Assembly: GCA_040954595.2 (NCBI GenBank)
Contig: CM082591.2
Coordinates: forward strand, 4,805,009 to 4,869,008
Source: Balanoglossus misakiensis
Lineage: Eukaryota; Animalia; Hemichordata
Direction of reading: 5' to 3'
Length of the DNA: 64,000 nucleotides
The position numbers and the translations under genes are program-made. The notes under the pieces were generated by a model, which searched no databases, had not been told where the DNA came from, and was given only the letters and a program-made list of their open reading frames with translations. Shown one piece after another: positions 52,587-64,000 of the stretch (the first letter of the stretch is position 1; every line of letters starts with the position of its first letter).

Positions 52587-54887
52587 TCAGTTATCAGACT
52601 GACTTGGAGTACAATTATTGTTTACGCTAGACTGGGTGTCAGAAAGTTTTCTCCTTCAATTGACGATCACTTCTTTATAATTTATGCAAAAGTAAAGTGC
52701 ACAAATGTCATTTTTTCCGGCGGCGGTATTACGGTACATCGAAATTTTATTCAATACACCCATGCAATCAGCTAATTCGTTTATTGGCCGGGGGGGGGGG
52801 GCTATGATTACACCTGATTTAGTACCTGTGGCGACGTGTAGTAAAACTCGGCGAGTGTAATGGCCGTATGGAAATATGAGCGGCCCTTACCTTACCTTAC
52901 AGACATTTACCTTACCTAACCGAGTTAATTTACTTGTGCCTGATGTCTGACTGTTATTCCGATTGTCTTCAAAACTGGCGACACGCAACCTACCTTTCAC
53001 AACTACACTATATCAAAACTCGAATTTGCACAAGTGCTATGCGAAGTAAAAGCTGCTACGTAAAGGTTGTCGACAATGTTGAAAACTGTCGCCGCGCCGG
53101 CGTAGATGTATGAACTTGTCGTCTGCTGTATCGTGATTGGCTACGGCTACTCAGAACGCGAGTGAGCATGCGAATAAATTTTTCACCGCCGCTGGTGATC
53201 ATGCACAGGGGCATAGAGTATATGTACTCAGAATGTGCAAATCCTGATCACAATGCGCATTAATTTTTAGCACAGGGCATAATGATATGCAAAATATCAG
53301 CTGCAAGTTGCGACATGGAAAACTACCGCCACGATGTTTATATGTAGGTGAACGAACCTTTGGGTCAACTGTATCCGACCGTCCGACGCAAGAATCATGG
53401 CGCCATAGTTTCCGCCCAAAAGCAGGACAAAACGCGCAAATGTGTACGTCGTGAAAAATAACGCTCGCAGAATATAAAAAACAACAAACTTACCACGCAA
53501 CCCCTCGTCTGGAATTCTTTCCGAAATAACTGGCACATAAGCGAAAATTGTTCCTAAAACTGGACTGATGACAGCAATGACATCCATGACATTTGTAACT
53601 GTTACGTGGCTCCATCTTCATGACCGCGTGTTGAGTGAATCACTTTTTTCTGATGTAGACTACACTCCGGGTACATCGATCAATTTGATGCACTACAAAA
53701 TGCGACTTGTTCCAAAACTATGTTCGGTCCGAAAATTCTACGTCTATCAGGATGAAAACTTATGAAAAACGCGTCATTCCATCTTCGTCTTGCTCCCTCG
53801 GAACCGGCACATGTTGTGTCCCCAAACGCGAACGGTCAGTGACAGTGCCTCGAGATTACGCAATGGCTACAACTAGTCTACATCGTTCTCTTTTGTCATG
53901 TAAATTACGTTCCCGCCACATCTGCAGGATGTCGTTCACAACACAGTCCTGCGTTTCGCGCGTTTTCAGCACATCGTTCGTATTCTAAAGAAAAGCTACA
54001 ATTTGCCCAACAAGTCAAATTTTCTCGACGACGCATTCACTTTATTTTTTTTCACGAATTTTTTGTTTATTTGATGGGGTAAAGGGGAAACATATGATAA
54101 GAAATGCGAGTGTGACTGTTTTTCATATGAGACAACCCGAAGTTTGCCGTAACCAGTTATTCGAATTAATTTATGCTAGCTCAGGGTCATGCCATTCAGG
54201 AACCCGTGGTTGTTTAGCAGTATACCTGGAAAGTTTGCTAGGATGTTACACACAAACTCACGCAACATGACACAAACATGGGAAAAAGGGTTAAATTTCT
54301 ATTCTGACATTTTCTTAAATATTTAACTAAGATAAACCTACATTCGGAGAATGTTTTTTTTTCTGTTATAACGAGATAAATTTAATTTTTATCCAAGATA
54401 TTGGTTCAGGTTTTCGTTTGGCAAAATAAAAACACTGATTAACATACATGTATATCCCGGGCCGACACGACATGTTCTTCGTCATTATTTCACCAATACT
54501 GTCTGAGATCCAGCGAAGTTGACTTCAAAAGCATTTGGAAATGCTTCCTATATTCCCCTCGGCCTAAAGCCATGTATGTATTTGAAAAGCAATGTACATT
54601 GTATCTGCATTTTACTTCGCATTTATAAATGAGTTGGCATGATGCACATATACAAAATATATGGTATATATACGGTCTTGTAATCAATATAGCGACAGTA
54701 ATCCTCTTCCACATGGATACATGTTCGACGAGAATACTGACACAAGCTATCGTCTGAAACTAATAAATATAAAAAAGTCATGTATGACTGAGTAAAAGAT
54801 CAATTTTAAGTCGACGATTGAGGGCGTCCTCTCATTCTGACAGTCACAACGTGTCCTGTGCATGTAACATACTTCCTTAAGAAAACT

Positions 54888-57800
54888 TCATTGGTCGTCC
54901 AGCACGAAGTAAACAGGGGCGTTACTGCTGGCACTGTTAGGCGGCGACAGGAACGCACGCTCACTAACATTCTCGCTTTCTTGTTGGCCGTTGCCACCAC
55001 TGTTTGCAACCGATTCGTAGGGGGTGCTGTCCATAACGCAGCGACTGTCACGATAGTCATCAATTTCCGTGTACACATCTTCCGTATCGTCATCGACATT
55101 GGCCGACTCGTAAGCAATATTCTCCACCGTCCCACTGTCGTCTGTCACAAAGTTCCCGCCAGGCTGTTCATACATTGTTGAGTTGTAGTCGGCCGAATAA
55201 TTCATGTCCTGGCCATTTTGAGTTCTACGTTTGTCCCTAAATCCACCGCTGGACCACAGTGGGTTCATCCTACGGTCTTCTTCGCGGTGGGCATTCTCAA
55301 TGTTTTCAATGTCGGTGTAAGCATACGCATAAACGGTACTGCCTGATTCCCGCGGCCGATCGACACTGTCCCGCCGATCGTCGTACGCAGCACCGTGGGT
55401 GCTATCTCTAACGTGTACTCTGAGAACATTACCTTGATTACTTTTCTCAAGTTCGACCTGGACGGCAGCGTGGTTATGCTGTGGATCCTTCCGGCATATA
55501 CTTCCGAGTTTCCTAAGTATGTTGAACATAGAAACAAGTAAATATAGAAGAAATGCAAACATGATTGCTGTGGATAAAATGAATCTATGCAGACCGACAT
55601 TTGCAAAGGTGACCGTGCAGTAGGTTTACTTTAATTTTAATATGGCAGCTATTAGGCAAATTTTATTGCGTCATAACGTCAAATTTACAAGTATATTTCT
55701 TGTACAAATTACCGGACAGGCAGCCCTGCGTCTCACTATACGTACAAAATAGCAATGGATTTAAACAACAGAGATCAAGCTGTTAATACGCATGCATGAA
55801 ATAATTAACATTCAGAAATGTCTAAATTCCCGACTTACCGCCGATATATGCAAATGATCATCACAACCAGAGCAATCACAATTACTGCACCAATTACCAC
55901 CCCGATGCCTATGATAACACCTGTTTAGAAATAAATACAACGCATATGCAAATAAGCTCACAAGAAGAGTCATGGAATGTGTGGTTCGCCCGACCAAATG
56001 CTCGATTGGAATCTCATTATTAAACTAACAAAGGTTCGTATAGAATCACACATATTTAGTCGCAACTTCAGCATAATTTCCTATCGGCAACAAATCCAAT
56101 GGTCGACAATTAGATTATTAACCCAACTCAACATAACATCAAACATGGGAAATTATATTAATTTTCTGCTTGGTTGAATTCATCAAACCGAAATACATAG
56201 AGTAGTACGAGAATTAACATTTATTTCACAAATCCAGACATCTCTCTCTTCGCAATAACAGTAAATTGCAGCTTGACTCACCATCTCCAGAAGTTGACTC
56301 AGTTTCCGCCATTTCTGTTTCTGTAAAATCAAACAACCGTCAAAACTGGTAGTTTACTTAGCATATTTTGTTTTGGGATCAAATTATTCAAAACGTACGT
56401 TATTCCCTACCAATCTCTTTGATTGTTAGGCCGGTAACACGAGTGACGCAACGGCCATGTCATCACAATCGAAATCCCTCAACACACGCACTGTGTCTGA
56501 TATACAAATATTATTATCGAACAACCATGAACGTTATTTTCTTCAACTTAAATGTCATACAATGAAAACTTTTTGGCGTTTTCCAATCATACCATTCAAT
56601 ATGCACGATGGTTTCACCGTCCATTTTCCTTCACTTGTACACGAAATGACGTCATCACCACTGACGTAATAACCTTCATGGCAAATGTATTGAACAAGGC
56701 TGTTATAGCTGTATTCGGTGCCGATACTGTCCGCATTTTCGACTTCGCCTGGGTAGCCACAATTGATATCTGAGGGGAGGAGAACGAGACGGAGGGGCAG
56801 GGGCAGAGAGTCAGTTAAAATAGAGTTTATCGTGACACGAACACCTGCCTGAAAATGCACATCACGTTTTAATGACAGGGATCATATTTTACACGTCATA
56901 ATTTATGCAGTTCGATGCCGCGTCGTCAAAACGCCAAATCAACTTCTACTTCGAAGTTTTTAATAGCTGCTCTGATTGTTCTAGACTGAAAGATTCAGTC
57001 CTGTGCGGGCGCTCCCTTTAAGGGTCACAGGCACACCGGAGCGCCCGCACACGACTGAATCTTTCAGTCTATAATTGTATCCATACAGCCTCTTGAAGAA
57101 GGTCGTCTGTGTACGTCCGAAACGGTGGGGAGACTATAAAGATCGTTTGAAAAGTAGCGGATGGGTCTTGTCAAATACTTTTCACACCTCATGAATACAT
57201 TATCTACAAGCACCCTCTGCAAATTCCACAGATGGACTGTGGTTGGACTGACCCACTTGATATTCATCACTATAAATACAAATGTTGATGTTCACAAATG
57301 TAAGTCAAGAAGGCAATTGCGAGACACGTTTTTATGACAGTACTTACACTTGCATTTGGCTGTTGCCGCAGCCTTGAAATAAATTTGTGACGAAAATTCA
57401 AAATCACAATCCAAAAGCGACGTGTCCTCTTCTCTACATCGGACATCTGTGATGCGTCGTCGCGAGTCCTCCCAGAGTGCATTATTCTCGACGCCGGAAG
57501 ACAACGCCTCGGGATAGCCTTGGATTCGGATTTGGAGAGGAAAGAAGGCGGAAACGGAAATGTTATTGCACTTTCAGGTGGTCTGAAAAGGGGCGTGTTG
57601 GCAGATTTTGCGGAGGAAAATGTTTTTACCTTCTGATGAAACGGGTTGACTGCCTGTAAAAAATGCTAACATGCCCTCTCCCATAAATCAAATGGTTCGT
57701 CCCTAAACATAGCCCACTCACAGAGAGGTCTTTGCTCGTCTTATTGGTACAGTTATAAAAGGCCCGTTCTAGTATTTGTTGATGTCGGAATTTATAAAGA

Positions 57801-59267
57801 TGTAAACAATGGGCTTTATCTACTGTGCACGGAACCGTTCATTGGGAAACAAAGGGAACGGCCAACTGTGCTTTAACACATCATGCTTTTCAATGCAGAC
57901 AGCGACGGTGTTAATGACATACCCAATTCTCTGCACAGTATATCGGCAGCCAGGGAATTCCAACTGGGCACGCCGCCGGTTATCGATGAACGATAATACA
58001 GAACAGGCAACCACCCGCCGTGGTCTTCTATGTACATCTCAACGCGGCCTTCGTGCGGTGTTCCTCCGTGTACAAGTCGGACGGGTTTAGAATCTAAAAA
58101 AGAAGCAGATTTTATGTACATTTTCTTCAACAATTCCGAAGCGCATCGGTGTATGTTGACGCATGGATGACGAGACAGCAAAATGCCCCGGACAACGTTT
58201 TTTTTTCTCTAAAAAATAAACACCACAGTGCATGTTTGTCCAGCTCGCGTCTACTGCCCGTTGACTGTCTAAAGTCTCGTAATTTGCCTTCTGTTTTGAA
58301 GTACGACAGCGACGTTACGCATGACCCCCCCCCCCACCACTCAATTCCCAAGCCCTTCCGTTTGCTTATGTTGAAAACGTCTCGATTTATGGTCGCGCGT
58401 GTGTAAACAGAAAAGTCCCGAATTTTCACAATAAAACTGGAAAAAAAATAATCAAACATTTCACACGGAAGGAAGAGACAGACCATGACACAGACTGTAT
58501 TATGAAACCGGAAAACAAAGCTCTCGCTTTTTTGTTGTTTGTCAGTCTACATGTGTGATAATAATGAGAACTCCCAGTGCAATGCCATATTGTGCGAAAC
58601 GGCATGTTGTACATATGCAAATGTTATTTATAAACCGCTTCTCCACCACACTGCGGAATCAGCTATTTATATCCGCTGCAATTCCCAATCATTCGATACT
58701 GTGGTTTCTTGGAAGGCATATATCAACAAAGACAGGTCTTTCCTGGCTATCAGTTTCATCATAGCACATAACCGCGCAATACGTAATCAACAAAACAATT
58801 TGATTGGACCAGCAGCTGATGAAACAGCGATTAAAATGGGCGTTTTGTTTTCACGCTTTTCCCCCGTTGAATTCTGTTACGTAACGAAGCAACCTATTGA
58901 GAGGTCATGTATATTTACTATGGTGTATCTATCTACAGAAAATTGGTTGTCCGAGATCTAGAACACCCAGAACTTGAAGAAGGGCTGTCACCATAGATAG
59001 TACTATTACTGACTATGGTGTAACCTAATTTTACGCCCACTGCATTTTACTGGGTGTGACACTTCCCGTTAGTGGAATACACTATACTGGTCCAGAGCAT
59101 TGCTCGTCCACCAAATCTCCCTGCCGTGAATAGTACCAGATCGTAATATTTCCATCGCAAATGTTTCACAGAAATCAACCTGCTGTCTTACCTGTGCTAG
59201 CGGTGGTGGTGGCGAAAATCGCCGCGGTGACCAAAGCTAAGTACAATTGCTGCGCGCAGTTTCCCAT
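54888..59267 (-). CDS. Type I membrane receptor: signal peptide, SRCR, Sushi/CCP, TM and a Tyr-rich cytoplasmic tail; 7 exons, about 446 aa
   Basis: Exons: 59192-59267 (MGNCAQQLYLALVTAAIFATTTAST), 57923-58093 (VRLVHGGTPHEGRVEM...ILCRELG), 57348-57518 (YP..VRC..SLLDC..AKC), 56593-56769 (CGYPG..YICHEGY..ISCTSEGKWTVKPSC), 56282-56320, 55839-55920 (VIIGIGVVIGAVIVIALVVMIICIYRR), 54888-55512. The total of 1341 nt is in frame. Confidence 0.85.
56982..57071. repeat. About 90-bp hairpin element (34-bp stem)
   Basis: TAGACTGAAAGATTCAGTCCTGTGCGGGCGCTCC ... GGAGCGCCCGCACACGACTGAATCTTTCAGTCTA. A related half, AGTCGTGTGCGGGCGCTCC, lies at about 62371-62389. Confidence 0.85.
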
Positions 59268-59339
59268 GATTCGATTACAACACAGCGCTTTCACTTGACG
59301 AGACTGCTTGCTTGACCTACTGACTCCGCTGCTTCGGAG

Positions 59340-59530
59340 ATTTCCGGCTCAAAGGTCACGGCTATTTGCATGCACTCCCGCCCCCATGCAAAGTACTAGG
59401 GCTGATGAGGGTCAGTGCATAGCATTGTCAGAGGGGGTAACTCCCACAGTACATGTATTACGCCGGTAACATCTGTGGGTAGGTATGTGTCGCAAGGCTG
59501 AGGGTCAGTGCATAGTATTGTCGGAGGGGG
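59340..59530 (-). promoter_or_regulatory. Candidate promoter of the SRCR-Sushi receptor
   Basis: DR1-like GGCTCA-A-AGGTCA at 59346-59358, ATTTGCAT at 59364-59371 and a GC box at 59377-59384. A duplicated motif of about 30 bp, TGAGGGTCAGTGCATAG.ATTGTC, occurs at about 59406 and 59499. Confidence 0.35.
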
Positions 59531-60538
59531 GGGGGGGCGCTACTGTTTCACTTAAAAGTCTCTAAACATGCGTCGACGTTTCATTAGAAAAAAAAAACAC
59601 TATGGGTCGATGACATAGGACATGTCCCTTTGGTTTTGGAAAAAAACAATCACATGTACGAGAACACCTGTAAAAGAGGGAGTGAGAACAGACCAATAAT
59701 AAATGAATCGAAGATATCCAAAAATTTGACTTGGAATATTAATTTTAAATTATGATCAACAACGAGCTTTCTTGTTTAGTATAGGTTTACTCGCATTCAA
59801 AGCCATTAGTTTCTCATGGGTGTATACGATCAAATGTTCCTGATGTAATGATCTTGCTATAGTATGTGACGCCGGCAAACTGCCGTCCATCTCGGGGAAT
59901 GAGCTTCGGGAACGACAAACATCCCATGTATACTAACAAAGTTGTACATAAAAAATAGAAACGTAAAATGCTAACAAATAAAAGCGTTCAGAAGCCAAGT
60001 GGCTGATAAAATTGCTATAGCAGTTCATATTAAAAAGGTCAATTATTTCACTAATTATCAAAAATACACATTTTTGTTGAAAGTTAAAAAAATTACTATC
60101 AGGGTTGGGTTTTTCAACTCTCGACCCCTTCTTGAATAACTGTGCGAATCTAAAGACTGCCCCACACAAGAAATTTCATCATAATTTGCAGAAATTTTCT
60201 GGGCTAACTTTCTCTCATTTGCGACAGTCTTAAATAATTTTCTTCTAGAGGAAAAATACCAAACACGTTAAAAAGTTTGCAACATAACATCATAAAAAGC
60301 CAAAAAAATCCCAAACAGCAACTATGACATTTTGCTCTCGTGTACGAGAGATTTAGTGTGCAGAACACTGTCTCATACAACGGCTATATGACTGCTTTCA
60401 TAGAATCAATCCTGCCACTGGCATCTCGCTCCAGGGTCGATGATCCTGTCTGCCTTGCTTTCCAGACCCCGTTCGCTTCGCTAGAGTGCGCCTCTGGGCG
60501 GCATGACATGGCGAGGTGCGTAGCGACGAGCCCGAGTC

Positions 60539-60620
60539 GCGGGCCCAAGCCTGTACTACGGTGGCCCAAAGCTACGTTCGCGAGCCCAAGCCTGTACTAC
60601 GGTGGCCCAAAGCTACGTTC
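60539..60620. repeat. 2 x 41-bp tandem repeat
   Basis: GCG(G/A)GCCCAAGCCTGTACTACGGTGGCCCAAAGCTACGTTC occurs twice. Confidence 0.9.
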
Positions 60621-60911
60621 GTGTATTCTCCGCGCAAAGTCATTTCTGCGCAACATGTCCTACCGCCAGCGTCGCACTTTGCATTAGCAAAGCAAAGCAA
60701 AGTGAACGGAGCCTGGAAATAGAGAATACGATTCTGCTAACAATCTTCAGGAGCAAACTGTTAATTGGATTAGCTGCCCCAGGTGTGATAGTAAGGCAAC
60801 GGGATGCTCACAAAAATATACATAAAATTTAAGAAATTCAGTGGAGGAAAGAAAAATCGACTTGTTAATTCAGTGCTCTAAATCTTTCCCAGGACATTCT
60901 ATTTTTTAAAA

Positions 60912-63900
60912 TCAAACAACAGTAACTTTTTCCTGTATTTGATATATCTCTCTTAGGGCATCGACTGTGTGACTCATCTTCAGTCTAGACAGTGCACCTC
61001 TGATTTCTGAATACGTCGCCTCAGCCCCCCTAGTTTCCCGCCAAAACCGCAAATACTGGTACTTCTGTTCTTTTACCCCTTGGTGGTCCTGTTTGATGTC
61101 CTCGAACTTGGTTTCACAGTTGTCGTTTGGAAGGAGCGCACGAACCAGAGCTTTGACATCCTCAACTGTCAGATCGTCGGCCACTGTTTGCAGGGCGTCA
61201 GAGTTGCATACTAGAAAATAAGAGGAATAACGCCATAAATCGACTTCATTTTCTTTTCTTTTCAAAGTTTGTTTTAATTAATATGCACTAGAGTGCGCCA
61301 ATCCCTTGTCATATATTACTGTTTTGAACTTATAACTTAGCGTCATTATTAAACAATTGATATCAACTTTTGTCAATGTTGATGGATATCTGTATTTCAC
61401 CATATATCAATGCTATTTATTACTGATGTTATATCACCAGGTATATATACATGTGCATGTACAGTGAAACCTGCTATTTCGTACACCTCTCTAATCAGGA
61501 CACCTCTCTATCAAGGACAGATTTTTCAAGACAAAAGTCATGTCCTTAATAGACAGGTTTCATTGTAGTAATGTTATAATGATTTTTAAAGGTAGATGTC
61601 ACCATTGTCTGAGTTATCTTTCTTCTAAGATAAACCATTCAAAAGAAATTTACTTTGCACAATCTCTATTTCAATTTTTGTTATTGGTGTAACTGTGTAT
61701 CGCAACTCAAGAGGCAATACCTGCATCTTCTGGTACCAATGGCTCCTCGGAGTGCTCCGATCCGTTCGAGCGGCGCTTCTGCAGAAATGACAAATATATG
61801 AATAATTCCCCAAAACCCACACACGATAAAATAAAAACATCTCGCTACAGCATTACATCTGAATCATTGAATCATTCCGCTTCGACAGAACATCCCATAA
61901 TATGTACTCTTCCCCAACACAGAAAATCAGAATTCTGTGCATGGTATAGCATACATGACATTAAAGAAAGTTTAAATTTTTCGTGTTGAGGTATGTTTCC
62001 GCACCAGTCACTCAGTGGCTAATACAGGTATGATAGTTGAGTTACGTCATCATCGAAGAGGCGTTTTTTCACATTGAACATTTTTTACAAATATTTACCC
62101 TTTTCGTCGGAAAACCGAGTTGGAGAAGTTTCTTTTTTGGTCGATTCGTCTCGTCCTCGACATACTGTTCCAAAGTAAAGGACACCTTGATATAGTTTGG
62201 TATTTTGTCGTCGTCCATGCTTGACTCAAAGATGTACTTTGCAAATGGCGGGTGGCTCTCCGAGCAACAGCTGACGATGTCATCCATTGTGATAGTCTGG
62301 GAAGAAAACATTGTATTACATATAAGCATTTTGTATATTCACATCGGATGACAAGCTGACTGGAAAATCTAGTCGTGTGCGGGCGCTCCACGATCACCCG
62401 CGCTCGAGTGAATCATTTCATGCTACGAAAATACACAAAGTCTGTCGGCCAGTGACACCAATTGGAAAATGGTATCACCCACACCAAGGTAGGCGGAAGT
62501 TGGTCCTGGCGTTTTTTTCCCACGATTCAAATTACAGTAAACGCCATATTGGAAATTTTGCCAAATTTCCCTCGATATTGTAAAAAAATCGCGCGACTTA
62601 TACATGGCGAATATGTTTTATTCTGAAAGAGTGACCTCAAAGCTACCAAATTATGTAGAAATCAGCTAGACCGGATTTCCCCTTTAAAAGAACAAGGCAA
62701 CACAATTGGAAGACTATAGCCTAGACAGGCATGAGTTCATGTACATAGAGGAATGGCGCACCTGCTCTTGGTCCAAGTGTCCGCCGCAGTTGTTGAGCCC
62801 CCAATCCCAAGTGTCAACTTCAGGATTGTTAATGCACTTGACTCTCCAGTCGGCAGTGGCATCGTCAGCTTTCACGCCCACCACTGATTTGTGTGCGACA
62901 GCGCCCTCCACGGCCTCCACCCTGACCTCGGTGTCTTTGATGGTATCGCAAATGTAGACCTTCACTTCGACTTGCCCAGTCCACGGGATGAACTTTCCGT
63001 AGGCGATGGCGTTCAAGGCCAGCTTCGGTCTCTCTTTCCCGCAGCTGCTGCAGGTGAACTTGGTGAAATGCTTGGTGCGGATGTTGACGTATTTTTCGTC
63101 TACGCTAAATGTCACGTGTCTAACGATGTTGTTCTCGGCGCTCAATGTCGATTGGTCGACACTACGCCAGTCCTTGTCTCTCGGGTTCATCGATTGGTTG
63201 AAGTGCACCAGGAACCGCCATTTTGAATTGCTTCCGGGCAGTATGGCGCGGTGCGGAACCATGACGGTGACGTAATCAAGAAAGGCATCCAGACCGGGAG
63301 ACAAGCATTCAACGACGGGCGCCAATGGAATTTGGCCCTCGCTGAGGTTGACGTTGAAGTAGCTCACGGCCAGACTCACTTTGACTACGATCTTTTGCAA
63401 CCTGCCGCGGGGTATCGCCCCCCTGGGGATGTACACCTTGACGTCAGACTCGGCGTGGGACAGCCAACCGCCCTCATAGTCGAACTGTCCTTCAAAAATG
63501 ACGCCGTAGATGTTGTCTGGGTTTTGATTCGTGATGTTGGTGTGAGTTGCACTGGGTTGTGCATTGGTACCTTCACGTTCATTTAGCGTCCTGATTTCAC
63601 ATCCGGGTGTTTGAGAAGATGGCGCCCGACTGCCGTTGGTAACCTGGCCCGCTTCAGCCTGATCCAGTACAGGCGCGTGGTCGTGGATAGATCCACGGGT
63701 TGTCCGCAGGATGTTAGGATTGTCAAGCTCCTTGTTCGTGTTTTTCGTCTTTTTCCTTGCTTCTGTCACGACAGTGGAAGCACTACCCGTCTGGAAAATA
63801 AATGTAATTTTATATTTTGAATGTTACGTGTATTGTACGTACTAAATAGTTGTAAATAGCTTTATGGTGATATATATCGACTAGAAGGCTAAACAATGAC

Positions 63901-64000
63901 TGTCACGTATAATTTGATAGACAGACAGACAGACACATAACACTGACGCCACAGGATTACCTGTTCTCTGTGACAAATTGGGTAGCCGTTTGAACGATGT
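60912..64000 (-). CDS. ZU5-UPA-like-death domain protein (UNC5CL/PIDD-like architecture); the 5' part lies outside the window
   Basis: Exons: 63961->64000, 62762-63790 (ZU5: GQFDYEGGWL..DVKVYIPRGAIPRG..LAPVVECL..YVTVMVPHRA..TKHFTKF), 62099-62296, 61721-61778, 60912-61210 (death domain: LQTVADDL..EQKYQYLRFWRETRGAEATYSEIRGAL). Phases are consistent. Confidence 0.82.
61460..61567. mobile_element. Tc1/mariner-type MITE
   Basis: TA-CAGTGAAACCTG ... CAGGTTTCATTG-TA with internal GGACACCTCTCTA repeats. A related left end lies at about 27531-27635. Confidence 0.65.

Noticed and set aside
53297-53988. CpG-rich ORFs between the ETS and SRCR genes
   Set aside because: No domain signal or consistent splice structure; likely a repeat remnant or UTR.
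60340-60832. ORFs spanning the 41-bp tandem repeat; also considered as CRISPR-like
   Set aside because: There are only two adjacent units with no spacers, in a eukaryotic context.

Overview
Eukaryotic, intron-rich, AT-rich genomic DNA. It is most likely from an invertebrate deuterostome (hemichordate- or echinoderm-like), an inference from gene content that I have not verified. I reconstructed six spliced genes by hand from GT-AG boundaries and reading phase. (1) LARGE xylosyl/glucuronyltransferase on minus, head-to-head with (2) PEX16 on plus, which contains a U12-type minor intron. (3) A 41-exon, about 2,400-aa GRL101/LGR-type GPCR whose ectodomain strings together EGF, LDLa, F-type lectin, C-type lectins (EPN and QPD types), CUB, an unassigned domain and LRRs. 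(4) A PU.1/Spi-like ETS factor that also carries a Pointed domain and an AT-hook. (5) An SRCR-Sushi-TM receptor with a Tyr-rich tail, on minus. (6) A 5'-truncated ZU5-UPA-death-domain protein, on minus. Introns hold several MITE/foldback families, and two inverted copies bracket an in-frame lectin exon block of the GPCR. The most notable items are the multi-lectin mosaic GPCR, the immune-like cluster of genes 3-6 and the apparently ancient LARGE-PEX16 divergent pair. Exon coordinates were read manually and may be off by a base or two.
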